DNA of 64,000 nucleotides, from assembly GCA_038231275.1 (NCBI GenBank), contig JBBRLQ010000007.1:192001-256000 (forward strand). Direction: 5' to 3'. Numbering within the stretch: position 1 is the first letter of the stretch; the number at the start of each line of letters is the position of its first letter. The notes under the pieces are model-generated. The model did no database searches and was not told the origin of the DNA. It worked only from the letters and a program-made list of their open reading frames with translations. Position numbers and translations under genes: made by a program. Below are positions 18,751 to 29,923 of this stretch, piece by piece. The DNA is from Polyangiales bacterium (GTDB taxonomy: Bacteria > Myxococcota_A > Polyangia > Polyangiales > Polyangiaceae).

Positions 18751-19737
18751 TCAACGAAACGTCACGCGGAGCCCGGCCGCAAGCACGATCGCGACGCGTG
18801 GAGGGTCGTACGCCACACCGGCGCCATCCACGCCGAACGCCTCACTGGACGTAGGGACGAGCGCGCCGGCGCGGGCCGTCCATCCCAGCGGCCCCACCAG
18901 ATCGCCTCCCGCGATCGCGGCGCCGCCGATCGCGAAGAGAGGTCGACTGCCGGAGCCCTCTCGAAAGTACCCGACGCCCGACGCTTGCACCGACGCGAGC
19001 GTCGCACCACCGCACGCGGCGAGGGTGATCGGGCGGAGAAGCGGTAGGTAGCACGCCATCGCTTCTCCACCGAGCAGCCGCACGTCGACATGGCCCGGCG
19101 CGAGGGGAAGGCTCTGCTTCGGCACGAGGATCCCGCCGAGCACGAAAGCCAGCTGCGGAATCGGCGTAAGCGCGAGGTCGATCGCGAAGATCGGCGCGGC
19201 TGAGCGGACGAGACCGAGCGCGACGCCGGCCGTCACGTCGGTATGAAACGCAACGGGGCTCGAGGCAGTCGGTGGAGGAGGTGACGGGCGCGCGGGCTCC
19301 TCGGTGGGCGCGGCCCTCGGCGGGGAAGGAGGAGGCTCTGCGTGAGGGGGTGGCGGCTCCGGCGGTCGCCACTCCGGATCGAGGAGCACGGCGAGCGAGA
19401 TCGCGACGGCGCGCGAGAGCTCCGTGCACGCGGCGCCGCCGTGAGACAGGACGCGCACGCCCGCACGGCTCCCTTTTGCGCGAATTTCGGCGCGAAACGT
19501 CGCTCCTGCGCGCGTGAACGAGACGTCGATCCGCTCCTGGGCGTCGGCGAGCTCCGGATCGAGCGTCACCTTCGCCGTGAGGCGGGCAACCTCGTCGGCG
19601 AGCGCGCGCGCGTCGGGGCACGTCGCGGCGGACGGAGAATGACGGACACCGAACGCCTCGCGGGTCTCGTCGGCGAGGGCGTGTCGAGCTGCGGCGATGG
19701 CGCCGAGCGCGACGAGGACCGCGACGCCACTTCGCAC
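18751..19737 (-). CDS. Hypothetical exported protein with Pro-rich linker and beta-rich C-terminus (ECF-cassette associated)
   Basis: Signal peptide, CPD...C..L..AVAI segment, amphipathic C-terminal strands. Confidence 0.7.
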   Translation of the reverse strand: MRSGVAVLVALGAIAAARHALADETREAFGVRHSPSAATCPDARALADEVARLTAKVTLDPELADAQERIDVSFTRAGATFRAEIRAKGSRAGVRVLSHGGAACTELSRAVAISLAVLLDPEWRPPEPPPPHAEPPPSPPRAAPTEEPARPSPPPPTASSPVAFHTDVTAGVALGLVRSAAPIFAIDLALTPIPQLAFVLGGILVPKQSLPLAPGHVDVRLLGGEAMACYLPLLRPITLAACGGATLASVQASGVGYFREGSGSRPLFAIGGAAIAGGDLVGPLGWTARAGALVPTSSEAFGVDGAGVAYDPPRVAIVLAAGLRVTFR

Positions 19738-19770
19738 TACCTCGCGCCCCCAGCCACGGCAGCTTTCTAC

Positions 19771-19811
19771 CAGAAGACGACCACAAGACGATCACAAGAC
19801 GACCGAAGACG
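19771..19811. promoter_or_regulatory. Four phased direct repeats (AAGACG; spacing 11, 11, 10)
   Basis: AAGACG starts at 19774, 19785, 19796, 19806, upstream of the ECF/oxidase gene run. Confidence 0.5.
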
Positions 19812-19812
19812 C

Positions 19813-20970
19813 TTAGAAGAGGCGTGCCGCGGTGTCGTCGGTGAAGAGCCACGCGTCGCGCGGGATCCGGAGGACGCTTCCCTCGTGAACGAGGCGCCCG
19901 CGCGCCGTCAGTCGTTCCGTCTCGCGCGTCCGATCGGCGGTCCAAGGATCGATGCCGAGCTCGCGGCCGGCGGCGTCGATGTCGAAGCCGGTCGCGAGGC
20001 GGAGCCCCAGCATGATCCGCTCGCGCAAGAGCGCCAGCGCGTCGAGCGGCTCGCGGCTCACCTCGGTTGCGGTACTTGCACCTTGCACGTATTTGCGCGG
20101 ATCGATCGGGTTTCGATACCTCGCGCCGCGCGCGTAGCCGTACGCCGCGCAGCCGAGACCGACGTACTCCTCGCCGCGCCAGTAGCCGAGGTTGTGACGC
20201 GCCTCCTCACCGGGGCGCGCGTAGTTCGAGATCTCGTAGTGCGCGAGGCCCCGCCCGGCGAGCGCCTCGTCGATCGCGAGGAACGACTCCGCGACGGCCC
20301 CCTCGTCGGCGAGCGGCAACCGCCCGCGCTTGGCCAGTTCGCCGAAGCGCGTGCCCGGCTCAATCGTCAGCTGGTAACACGACACGTGAGACAGCCCCAT
20401 GTCGGCGAGCGATGTCGCTTGCTCGCGCGCATCTTCCGGCGACTGGTCGGGCAGACCAAAGATGAGGTCGGTCGACACCCTCGGCACGGTCGCGAGCGCC
20501 GCCTCCACCGCGCGCCGCGCGCCCGAGGGATCGTGGAGGCGCCCCAAGTACGTCAGCTGATCCTGACGAAGCGACTGCGTGCCGATCGACACGCGCCCGA
20601 CGCCGACATCGGCCAACGCCTTCGCGCGCTCCGTGTCGAGCGACGTGGGGTTGCACTCGACCGTGACCTCCACGTCGTCCGTCACGCGCGCGCGCGACCG
20701 TATGCCGGAGAGGACCCGTCCCAGCTCGGCCGGATCCCAAAGGCTGGGTGTTCCGCCGCCGAAAAAGACGCTCGCGATCTCCCGATCCTCGAAGAGCGCC
20801 GCGCGCGCATCCAGCTCAGCCAGGACGGCGTTCGCGTATCCGACGTGGTCGATGTTGGCGCGTTCCTCCGCGTACGAAACAAAATCGCAATAGGGGCACT
20901 TCGCTAAGCACCACGGAAAGTGGACATAAACCGACGCGCGCATGGGTGTGGGGCTCTCGGAATGCTCCAT
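19813..20970 (-). CDS. hemW: Radical SAM heme chaperone HemW (HemN-like)
   Basis: YVHFPWCLAKCPYCDF, FFGGGTPS, ECNP, HYEISNYA, HNLGYW. Confidence 0.9.
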   Translation of the reverse strand: MEHSESPTPMRASVYVHFPWCLAKCPYCDFVSYAEERANIDHVGYANAVLAELDARAALFEDREIASVFFGGGTPSLWDPAELGRVLSGIRSRARVTDDVEVTVECNPTSLDTERAKALADVGVGRVSIGTQSLRQDQLTYLGRLHDPSGARRAVEAALATVPRVSTDLIFGLPDQSPEDAREQATSLADMGLSHVSCYQLTIEPGTRFGELAKRGRLPLADEGAVAESFLAIDEALAGRGLAHYEISNYARPGEEARHNLGYWRGEEYVGLGCAAYGYARGARYRNPIDPRKYVQGASTATEVSREPLDALALLRERIMLGLRLATGFDIDAAGRELGIDPWTADRTRETERLTARGRLVHEGSVLRIPRDAWLFTDDTAARLF

Positions 20971-21026
20971 AGCGCCAATTGCCGGAGAGGGGGGGCGGTG
21001 TTAGATTTTGAGACGATCTTCCCGAA

Positions 21027-23192
21027 ATGTTGCAGGTCGAACACATCGTCGAGCGAGTAAGGGCGTACCAGCCCGCGGCAGACGCCGACCTCATCAAGCG
21101 GGCGTACGACTACAGCTTCAGAATGCACGCGGGTCAGATGCGCAAGAGCGGCGACCCGTACTTCGTCCATCCGGCGAGCGTGGCGGGCATCATCACCGAG
21201 CTGCGCCTCGACACCGCGAGCGTGTGCGCGGGGCTCCTCCACGACGTCGTCGAGGACACGCTCGCCTCGACCGCCGACATCGAGCGCGAGTTCGGCGTCG
21301 AGATCGCGCAGCTCGTCGACGGCGTCACCAAGCTCAGCAAGATCAACTTCACCAGCAAGGAAGATCGCCAGGCGGAAAACTTCCGCAAGATGGTGGTCGC
21401 GATGGCGCAGGACATCCGCGTCCTGCTCGTCAAGCTGTGCGACCGCATCGACAACATGCGGACGCTCGAGCACATGAGCCACGAGGCGCAAGAGCGCATC
21501 GCGCGCGAGACGATGGAGATCTACGCGCCGCTGTCGAACCGGCTCGGCATGCAGAACTTCAAGAGCGAGCTCGAGGATCTCTCGTTCAAGTACCTCGAGC
21601 CCGACGCCTACCAGGACCTGTCGACCGCCATCACGCGCACCAAGCGCGAGCGCGACAAGTACATCAGCGAGGTCTGCAAGACGCTGTCGGCGCGCCTCGC
21701 CGAGCAGGGCTTCGCCTCCGACGTGACCGGCCGCGCCAAGCACCTCTACTCGATCTGGCGCAAGATGCAGTCGCAGCAGTGCACGCTCGAGCAGATCCAC
21801 GACATGATCGCCTTCCGTGCGCTCGTCGAGAGCGTGAGCGACTGCTACGCGGCGCTCGGCGTCATCCACTCGAAGTGGACCCCGGTGCCCGGCCGCTTCA
21901 AGGACTACATCGCGCTGCCGAAGCCGAACATGTACCAGTCGCTCCACACGACGGTCATCGGCCCCGGCCGCGAGCGCGTCGAGGTCCAGATCCGCACCCA
22001 CGAGATGCACCGCGTCGCCGAGCGCGGCATCGCAGCGCACTGGAAATACAAGGACAAGGGCGGCGGCGGCCTCGCCGATCAGGACGCGCAGCGCTTCGGG
22101 TGGCTCCGCCAGCTCATGGAGTGGCAGAAGGAGCTGAAGGATCCGGCCGAGTTCCTCGAGGGCGTGAAGGTCGATCTCTTCCAGGACGAGGTCTACGTCT
22201 TCACGCCGAAGGGGGACGTGCGCGTCTTCCCGCGCGGCGCGACGCCGATCGATTTCGCGTTCGGCATCCACTCGCAGCTCGGTGAGCACATCACTGGCGC
22301 GCGCATCAACGGCAAGATCGAGCCGCTCCGCTACAAGCTCCGCAACGGCGACATCGTCGAGGTCATGACGTCGGCGACGCAGCAGCCGAACAAGGACTGG
22401 CTCGACATCGTCGGCACCACGAGAGCGAAAGCCAAGATTAGAAACTACCTCCGCCTCGAGCAGCGCGACAAATCGCTGCGCCTCGGGCGTGAGCTCCTCG
22501 AGCGCGAGCTTCACAAGTCGAGCGTCTCGCTCAACAAGCTCCTCAAGAACGACAAGGAGCTCCGCAAGGTGCTCGAGGAGCTGAAGATCCAGTCGGCCGA
22601 GGAGCTCTTCATCGGTATCGGCTACGGCAAGATCGACCCGCAGGAGGTCCTCGCCATCGTCGCCCCGCCGGACGACGCCGGCCACGAGAGCAAGCCGCCC
22701 GATCAGCTCCGCGAGGGGCGCGTCGCCGGCTTCGTACGCAAGGTCACCAAGCGCGACGAGGGCGGCATTCGCCTGAACGGCATCGACGACGTGCTCGTCC
22801 GCTACGCGCGGTGTTGCAACCCGCTCCCCGGCGACGACATCCTCGGCTTCATCACGCGCGGCCGCGGCGTCACGATCCACCGCCGCGGGTGCCAAAAGGC
22901 GTTCGACACCGATCCCGAGCGCCGCGTCGAGATCGCGTGGGACAGCAAGGCGAAGATCAACCGCAGCGTGCAGCTGCGCGTCGTCACCGCCAATCGCCCA
23001 GGCATTCTCGCGACGGTCGGGCACACGTTCAGCGCGCAGGGCATCAACATCAGCGAAGCCAACTGCCGCGCCGGCGACGACGGCCGCGCGGTCAACGTCT
23101 TCACGTTCAACTGCTCGGACCTGACCCAGCTCAAGAACGTGATGCGCGCGCTGCAGAAGGTGCAGGGCGTCGTCGCGGTCGAGCGCGTGTAA
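21027..23192 (+). CDS. relA: Bifunctional (p)ppGpp synthetase/hydrolase (long RSH)
   Basis: HD motif LLHDVVEDT; GRAKHLYSI; KDYIALPKPNMYQSLHT; TGS domain VFTPKGD; CC region; C-terminal ACT. Confidence 0.96.
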   Translation: MLQVEHIVERVRAYQPAADADLIKRAYDYSFRMHAGQMRKSGDPYFVHPASVAGIITELRLDTASVCAGLLHDVVEDTLASTADIEREFGVEIAQLVDGVTKLSKINFTSKEDRQAENFRKMVVAMAQDIRVLLVKLCDRIDNMRTLEHMSHEAQERIARETMEIYAPLSNRLGMQNFKSELEDLSFKYLEPDAYQDLSTAITRTKRERDKYISEVCKTLSARLAEQGFASDVTGRAKHLYSIWRKMQSQQCTLEQIHDMIAFRALVESVSDCYAALGVIHSKWTPVPGRFKDYIALPKPNMYQSLHTTVIGPGRERVEVQIRTHEMHRVAERGIAAHWKYKDKGGGGLADQDAQRFGWLRQLMEWQKELKDPAEFLEGVKVDLFQDEVYVFTPKGDVRVFPRGATPIDFAFGIHSQLGEHITGARINGKIEPLRYKLRNGDIVEVMTSATQQPNKDWLDIVGTTRAKAKIRNYLRLEQRDKSLRLGRELLERELHKSSVSLNKLLKNDKELRKVLEELKIQSAEELFIGIGYGKIDPQEVLAIVAPPDDAGHESKPPDQLREGRVAGFVRKVTKRDEGGIRLNGIDDVLVRYARCCNPLPGDDILGFITRGRGVTIHRRGCQKAFDTDPERRVEIAWDSKAKINRSVQLRVVTANRPGILATVGHTFSAQGINISEANCRAGDDGRAVNVFTFNCSDLTQLKNVMRALQKVQGVVAVERV

Positions 23193-23210
23193 GCCAGCGG
23201 AACCGCTGGC
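23193..23210 (+). terminator. GC-rich hairpin right after the relA stop (no U tract)
   Basis: GCCAGCGG-AA-CCGCTGGC. Confidence 0.45.
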
Positions 23211-23274
23211 GATCGCGAACGGCCGTCATCCCTTCGGGCGACTTGCTCGGCGCAGCGGTACGCGCCATACCCTC

Positions 23275-24207
23275 ATGATGCCGAGCACCGGACCGCGCAC
23301 GTTCGTCCTCGTAACGACGGCGCTGGCTCTCGCGGCGTGCGTGCAGAGCTCCGCGAACCCCGCGCCGGATGGGGGGCCGGGAACCTCGTTCGGATCGGAC
23401 GGCGGACCGGACACGAGCGTTCGCGACTCCGCGCCCCCTCCCGAAGGCGACGCGTCGACGCCGCCCGATGCAGAGAATGGCCTCGACGCGGACGCGGCGC
23501 CCCTCGACGCCGGGCCTTGCACGAAGCCGCTGAACAAGGCGCTGCAGTTCGCGGGCGGGCAGCTCGCGACAGCGCCCGACTCGGTCTCGCTTCACCTGAG
23601 CGATCTGACCGCCGAGGCCTGGGTGAATTTCGCGACCCTCGCCAACCCGTATCAGACCATCATCGCAAAGCCGTACGGCGCTGCGACGGGCGATTCGTTC
23701 ACCATCTGGTACGAGAGCGGCGGGTTGCACGCGGGCGCGAACCCAACGAGCGTGACCGACGCAATCGGCTACACGTGGGCGCCCGCGATCGGCTCGTGGC
23801 ACCACGTCGCCTTCACGTTCGAAAAGGCCACCCTGGCGCAGAAGCTCTACGTCGACGGCGGCCTCGTTGCGTCGGGAACCGCCGCGAGCGCACCCGTCTA
23901 CGACACGCACGCGTTCTACGTCGGCGCCGACGCAGACTTCGGGAACCCGAGCGGATTCTTCAACGGGCAGATCGACGAGGTTCGGATCTGGACCTCCGTG
24001 CGCGCGATCGCGGACATCGGGGGAGACCTTCGGACCTGCATCCCCGGATCGTTCACGGGCCTCGGCGGCTACTGGCCGCTCGACGAAGGAAGCGGCCAGG
24101 CCGCCGGCGACGTCAGCGGCAACGCGAACAACGCGCAGCTCGGCGCGGCCGCGGGGGCCGACGCCGCCGATCCGGTCTGGGTCGATTCCACGGTCCCGTT
24201 CAAATAG
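23275..24207 (+). CDS. LamG/concanavalin-like lipoprotein
   Basis: Lipobox LAAC; TAEAWV, WHHVAFT, LYVDG, FNGQIDEVRIW, GYWPLDEGSG. Confidence 0.88.
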   Translation: MMPSTGPRTFVLVTTALALAACVQSSANPAPDGGPGTSFGSDGGPDTSVRDSAPPPEGDASTPPDAENGLDADAAPLDAGPCTKPLNKALQFAGGQLATAPDSVSLHLSDLTAEAWVNFATLANPYQTIIAKPYGAATGDSFTIWYESGGLHAGANPTSVTDAIGYTWAPAIGSWHHVAFTFEKATLAQKLYVDGGLVASGTAASAPVYDTHAFYVGADADFGNPSGFFNGQIDEVRIWTSVRAIADIGGDLRTCIPGSFTGLGGYWPLDEGSGQAAGDVSGNANNAQLGAAAGADAADPVWVDSTVPFK

Positions 24208-24216
24208 ACGCGGCGA

Positions 24217-25766
<1,550 letters not shown>

Positions 25767-25767
<1 letters not shown>

Positions 25768-26723
25768 CAGAACCGCGCGCTCAACGTGGCGGTGACGGTG
25801 GGCGCAGGGCCTGGTCCCGTAGACCAGCCGATCGCGAAGAGCCCGACGGCCGCCGTGGCCGCGCCGCTCGCCGCCGTCACGAGCGCCAGGACGTTCGTGC
25901 GGACCTGCGCGTCGGAGCCGGCGGTGGATGTCGGCGCGGACGGCTTGGCGACGAAGTCGTCGTGCTTGCTCTTCGTGTCGAGCGCGGACCACACGGTGAC
26001 GCCGCCGACGACGGCGGTGACGGCGGCGCCGACCCAGAACCACACCGGCGAGATTCCGCCGTCGCGCCGTGGCGGATCGTGAGGCGCGCGCGGAGGGGAG
26101 GGGGCGACCGTGCGGGGTGGCTCGATGGCGCGCGCGGGCGGCGGCGCGATTTTGCTCGGCGGCGGCGCGGGCGCGGGGGGCGGCGTGGGGGCGACCTCGA
26201 CGCTCGCGCCGATCGCGACGACGACCTTCTGCTTCTCGGGCGCGCCGTCGGCCGTCAGCTCGACGACGTGCTCGCCCGGCTTGACCCACCGCTTCACGCC
26301 GATCGGCGTGTGACGCCCGTCGACGTGCACGTTGCAGAACGTGGCGGGCGGCGGGCACGTCACGGTGAGCTGGCCCACGTCGCGCGAGAACCGCGCGCGC
26401 GCCGTCTTGCCCTTCTCCCACAGCGGCGTCGACGGAGGGACGCGCCGCTCGACACGCTCGACGAGATCCATCGCGGTCGCCGCGTCGCGCGCGCGAACGG
26501 CGGCCTCGAGCGCGAGGCCGAGCACCGTCACGTTGGGCGAGAGCTCGTCGGCGAGCGCGAGGTCCACCGCCGCCGTCGCGTACCCGCCGGCGTCGTAGGC
26601 GGCGGCGCCTCGATCGTACGCGGCGCGCGCCTGCGCTACGGAGGCGTCGTCCTGCGCCGATGCGACGCGCGCGACGAGCGCCAGCGACAGCGTCACGACA
26701 ACGCGCATGAAAACCCGCCGCAT
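25767..26723 (-). CDS. TPR + PEGA-like protein with C-terminal hydrophobic hairpin ending in Phe
   Basis: Signal peptide, helical TPR-like N-terminus, VHVDG..VKPGEH, two Gly/Ala-rich hydrophobic segments, ends LSARF. Confidence 0.75.
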
Positions 26724-26777
26724 CTCCCAAGAATACAGACAAAACGCGGAAGCCGCGTCGGCCTTCTGCTCGCGCGC

Positions 26778-28121
26778 CTACGTCTTGGTCAGCTTGTGCT
26801 TCACGAGCAATCGCCCGAGGTAGGAGCGATCGAGGCCCGCGAGCTTCGCGGCCGACGACTGGTTGCCGCGGGTGTGGGCCATGAGCGCCTGAAGGTAGAC
26901 GCGCGTGAAGCGCTCGGCGAGCTCCTCCTTCTGGTCACCGTACGGACGGTTCACGTCGACCAGATCGCCGAACGCCATCTCCAGGGTCGTCGACGTCGAG
27001 CCCGCGGGCTCGGGGAGGACGCCGAGCGCGGCGTACGCGTGGATGACGTTGCGGAGCTCTCGCGCGTTTCCCGGCCACGCGCGGGCCTTCAGCTGCTCGA
27101 TCAGCGGCGCCGAGAGCGCACCGAGGCCCACGTGCTCGGCGAACTGGCGCGCGAGCGGCTCGATGTCCTCCGGGCGCTCGCGGAGCGACGGGAGGGAGAG
27201 CTTCACGACGGCGAGCCGGTAGTAGAGATCCTCACGGAAGCGGCCGGCCCGCACCTCGGCCTCGAGATCGCGGTTCGTCGCGGCGATGACGCGCACCTGG
27301 ACGTGGCGTGCGGCGTCGGCGCCGATCGGCCGTACCTCTCCGGTCTCGAGCGCGCGCAAGAGGACCGGCTGCATCTCGAGCGGCAGCTCGCCGATCTCGT
27401 CGAGGAAGAGCGTGCCATGATCGGCGCACTCGAACGCGCCCTTGCGCGCCTGCGCGGCGCCAGTGAACGAGCCGCGCGTGTGGCCGAAGAGCTCGCTTCC
27501 CACGAGGTCGCGCGGGATGGCGCCGCAGTTGACGTTCACGAGCGGCCCCTCGGCGAGCGAGCCCTCGTGGAGCGCGCGCGCGACGAGCTCTTTGCCGACG
27601 CCCGACTCTCCGCCCACGAGCACGGTGACGAGCGAGCCCTCGAGGCGCGCGAGGGTCGCGAAGACGCGGCGCATCGCCAGGCTGGCGCCGACCATTCCGC
27701 GGAACGACTCGCCCGCGAACACCGCGCCGCCGGTCAGCGACTCCGTGTCCGCGTCGAGCGCGACGTCGGTGTTCCCGATCTTGATGCGCGCGCCGAGCGC
27801 GAGGCTCATTCGCTCGACGCGCTGTCCGAGGTACCACGTGCCGTTGCGGCTCCCGAGGTCGGTGACGCGCACGCCCTCGGGCACCAATGCCAGCTCGACG
27901 TGGGCGCGCGACACGCCGGGCTCCAAGACGACGATCGCGCTCCCGCTCGCCGAGCCGAGCACGCACGTGCCGGTCTTGAGCCGGAACGCCGCCGGCGTCG
28001 CGCGCGCGCCGAGGACACGGATCACGGCGCCCAGCGGTCGCGGCGAGCTCGTCCCTTGACGAACGAGCGTCGCCGTCGCCGGATCCGGTGAGCCTTGCTT
28101 CGTGCGCGCCACGAGGCTCAC
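26778..28121 (-). CDS. FHA-domain sigma54-dependent transcriptional activator
   Basis: VSRAH...DLGSRNGT (FHA); [40 protein letters not shown]-terminal HTH. Confidence 0.94.
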   Translation of the reverse strand: MSLVARTKQGSPDPATATLVRQGTSSPRPLGAVIRVLGARATPAAFRLKTGTCVLGSASGSAIVVLEPGVSRAHVELALVPEGVRVTDLGSRNGTWYLGQRVERMSLALGARIKIGNTDVALDADTESLTGGAVFAGESFRGMVGASLAMRRVFATLARLEGSLVTVLVGGESGVGKELVARALHEGSLAEGPLVNVNCGAIPRDLVGSELFGHTRGSFTGAAQARKGAFECADHGTLFLDEIGELPLEMQPVLLRALETGEVRPIGADAARHVQVRVIAATNRDLEAEVRAGRFREDLYYRLAVVKLSLPSLRERPEDIEPLARQFAEHVGLGALSAPLIEQLKARAWPGNARELRNVIHAYAALGVLPEPAGSTSTTLEMAFGDLVDVNRPYGDQKEELAERFTRVYLQALMAHTRGNQSSAAKLAGLDRSYLGRLLVKHKLTKT

Positions 28122-28131
28122 AGGATACCCG

Positions 28132-29082
28132 TTACTTCTTGGGCTCGCAGCACTCGTACTTCGCCGTCGAGTAGCCGCCGGCGGCGCACGCGTCGCCGAG
28201 GATCGAGGTGTTCACGACGTAGCCCTTGCTGGTGCACACCTTCGTGACCTCGTCGTTCAGGATCTGCGCCGACTCGCACGCACCGGTGATCGCGCCCGAG
28301 AAGCACGCGCGCGGGGGCGGCGGGGGCGGCGGCGGGGGCGGCGGGGGCTTGACGTCGCAGCACTCGAACTTCACGTTTTCGTAGCTCTTGCCACCGACCG
28401 GGCCGGCGCATGGGGTGCCGTATTCGAGCTGCGTCAGCGTCGCGCCCTTCTGCGAGCAAGTGTCCGAGGCGTACTGCTTCCAAATGTAGTCGGGCTTGCA
28501 GGACGTCGGGTCGCCGAGGCCCACCGTGAAGCACGAGGGCGGCGGGGGAGGAGGCGGCGGCGGGGGCGGCCCCGCGAGGCAGCACTCGAACTTCGTGTAG
28601 CGGTAGAGATCCTTCCCGCACGAGTCGGCGTACTCGATGACGACGACGTCGAGGCCCTTGGCCTTGCACTCCTCGGCGGCGTACGTCTTCCACGTCGCGG
28701 AGTCCTTGCAGCTGGTCGGGCCGCCCTGCGAGTCGACGAAGCACGCGACGGGGCCGGGGTTGGGGACCGGCGTGGGGTCGGGCTTGCAGCAGTACCACTT
28801 GGCGCCGTTGAACCCGTCGCCGCACTTGTCGCCGTAGCCGAACTCGCTGACCTCGAGGCCGCGCGACTCGCACGACGCAACGGCGTCCTTCTTCAGCTCC
28901 TCGGCGGTCGCGCACTTCGGGGTCGAGACGCCCTCGCCGATGCACTGCCCCACCTTAAGACCCTCTTGTGACGCTCCGCTATTGTCGCCGCCAATCGTCG
29001 GGGACGATCCCGAGCTACAGCCGACGATCAGCGCGGCGCCGACGAACGAGAGACCAAAAGCAATGTGGATGTTCCTGACCAT
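28132..29082 (-). CDS. Lipoprotein with four tandem 6-Cys domains (APP copper-binding-domain-like spacing) and Pro-rich linkers
   Basis: RBS GAGGAGG before ATG 29082; lipobox IVGC; repeats ending KWYCC, KFECC, KFECC, KYECC. Confidence 0.85.
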   Translation of the reverse strand: MVRNIHIAFGLSFVGAALIVGCSSGSSPTIGGDNSGASQEGLKVGQCIGEGVSTPKCATAEELKKDAVASCESRGLEVSEFGYGDKCGDGFNGAKWYCCKPDPTPVPNPGPVACFVDSQGGPTSCKDSATWKTYAAEECKAKGLDVVVIEYADSCGKDLYRYTKFECCLAGPPPPPPPPPPPSCFTVGLGDPTSCKPDYIWKQYASDTCSQKGATLTQLEYGTPCAGPVGGKSYENVKFECCDVKPPPPPPPPPPPPRACFSGAITGACESAQILNDEVTKVCTSKGYVVNTSILGDACAAGGYSTAKYECCEPKK

Positions 29083-29113
29083 GACGACCTCCTCGGGGTT
29101 GTCGTCCTCCATC

Positions 29114-29128
29114 GCAACGTGTGTGCCG
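29114..29128 (-). promoter_or_regulatory. Putative sigma54 promoter
   Basis: Minus strand CGGCAC-ACACG-TTGC, about 30 nt upstream of ATG 29082. Confidence 0.65.
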
Positions 29129-29253
29129 CGCCTCCGAAATCGCATTTTGCGCGGAATATTGCGGTCCGGGTGGGGACATGTGCCATCGGGAGTAGGAGTC
29201 GACTCCGCAGCCTGCTCACTCGAGTCTGCAGGGGGGCTTCGCGGCGCTCTCCG

Positions 29254-29910
29254 TCAGGGACTGCAAACGAGCGTGAGGCCGCCGTCGCCGGGATCGCAGG
29301 TGAGCGTCTTGCAACTCGTCTTCGCGCACGTGCAGTCGTGGGCGGCGGCGTCGCAGCCTTGCTTGTCCCAGTCCACGCACGCGTAGACGGCCTTCGTCTT
29401 GTAGGTCTGACAAAAGGACGTGGCGCGATTGCAGTACTCGTAGCCGCACTGGAAGTGATCGGCGCCGGCGCCTGTGCAGCCGCCGACGTCGAGATCGACG
29501 CCCTGGTTGAAGAGCTCGCAGTCGCTCTTCGCAATTTTGTTTCCGCAGCCGCAGTAATAGGCGGTGTCCTGCGAGCACCCGGAGCCGGGGATCGGCATGC
29601 AGACGCCGGTGGCCCCGCGGCCGCACTGGTGGTCATCGTAGAAGCAATACGAGCCGCCCGGGCATCCGGTCTTGCAGTTGGGAGGGACGAAGTTGTCGGG
29701 GAGGGGAGGCACGTCGTCCGAGGGGGCGTCGGCCGCGTCGGAGTCGGCGCCGCCGTCGAGGATCGAACCGTCGTGTCCGGCGTCCCCGCCGTCGCCACCG
29801 TCTCCGGCACCGTCGAACGTGAAGTCGTAGAAGCACGCCGCAGCGAGGGGTGCCGCCGCGACCGCCACGACGACGGCGAAGAAGCGGGTGCTCGCGCGCG
29901 TGACCATCAT
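29254..29910 (-). CDS. Cys-rich lipoprotein
   Basis: Lipobox AAAC, Asp/Gly linker, many Cys incl. CGC. Confidence 0.75.
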   Translation of the reverse strand: MMVTRASTRFFAVVVAVAAAPLAAACFYDFTFDGAGDGGDGGDAGHDGSILDGGADSDAADAPSDDVPPLPDNFVPPNCKTGCPGGSYCFYDDHQCGRGATGVCMPIPGSGCSQDTAYYCGCGNKIAKSDCELFNQGVDLDVGGCTGAGADHFQCGYEYCNRATSFCQTYKTKAVYACVDWDKQGCDAAAHDCTCAKTSCKTLTCDPGDGGLTLVCSP

Positions 29911-29923
29911 ACGGATCCTACGC

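Noticed and set aside
20904-23024. Long antisense and alternate-frame ORFs (e.g. 20904-23024-, 25962-28091+, 43921-45624-, 50579-53404-, 57654-59711-)
   Set aside because: Shadows of real high-GC genes: Arg/Ala-rich with no motifs.
26778-28121. GSFTGA instead of GAFTGA in the sigma54 activator
   Set aside because: A common functional variant.
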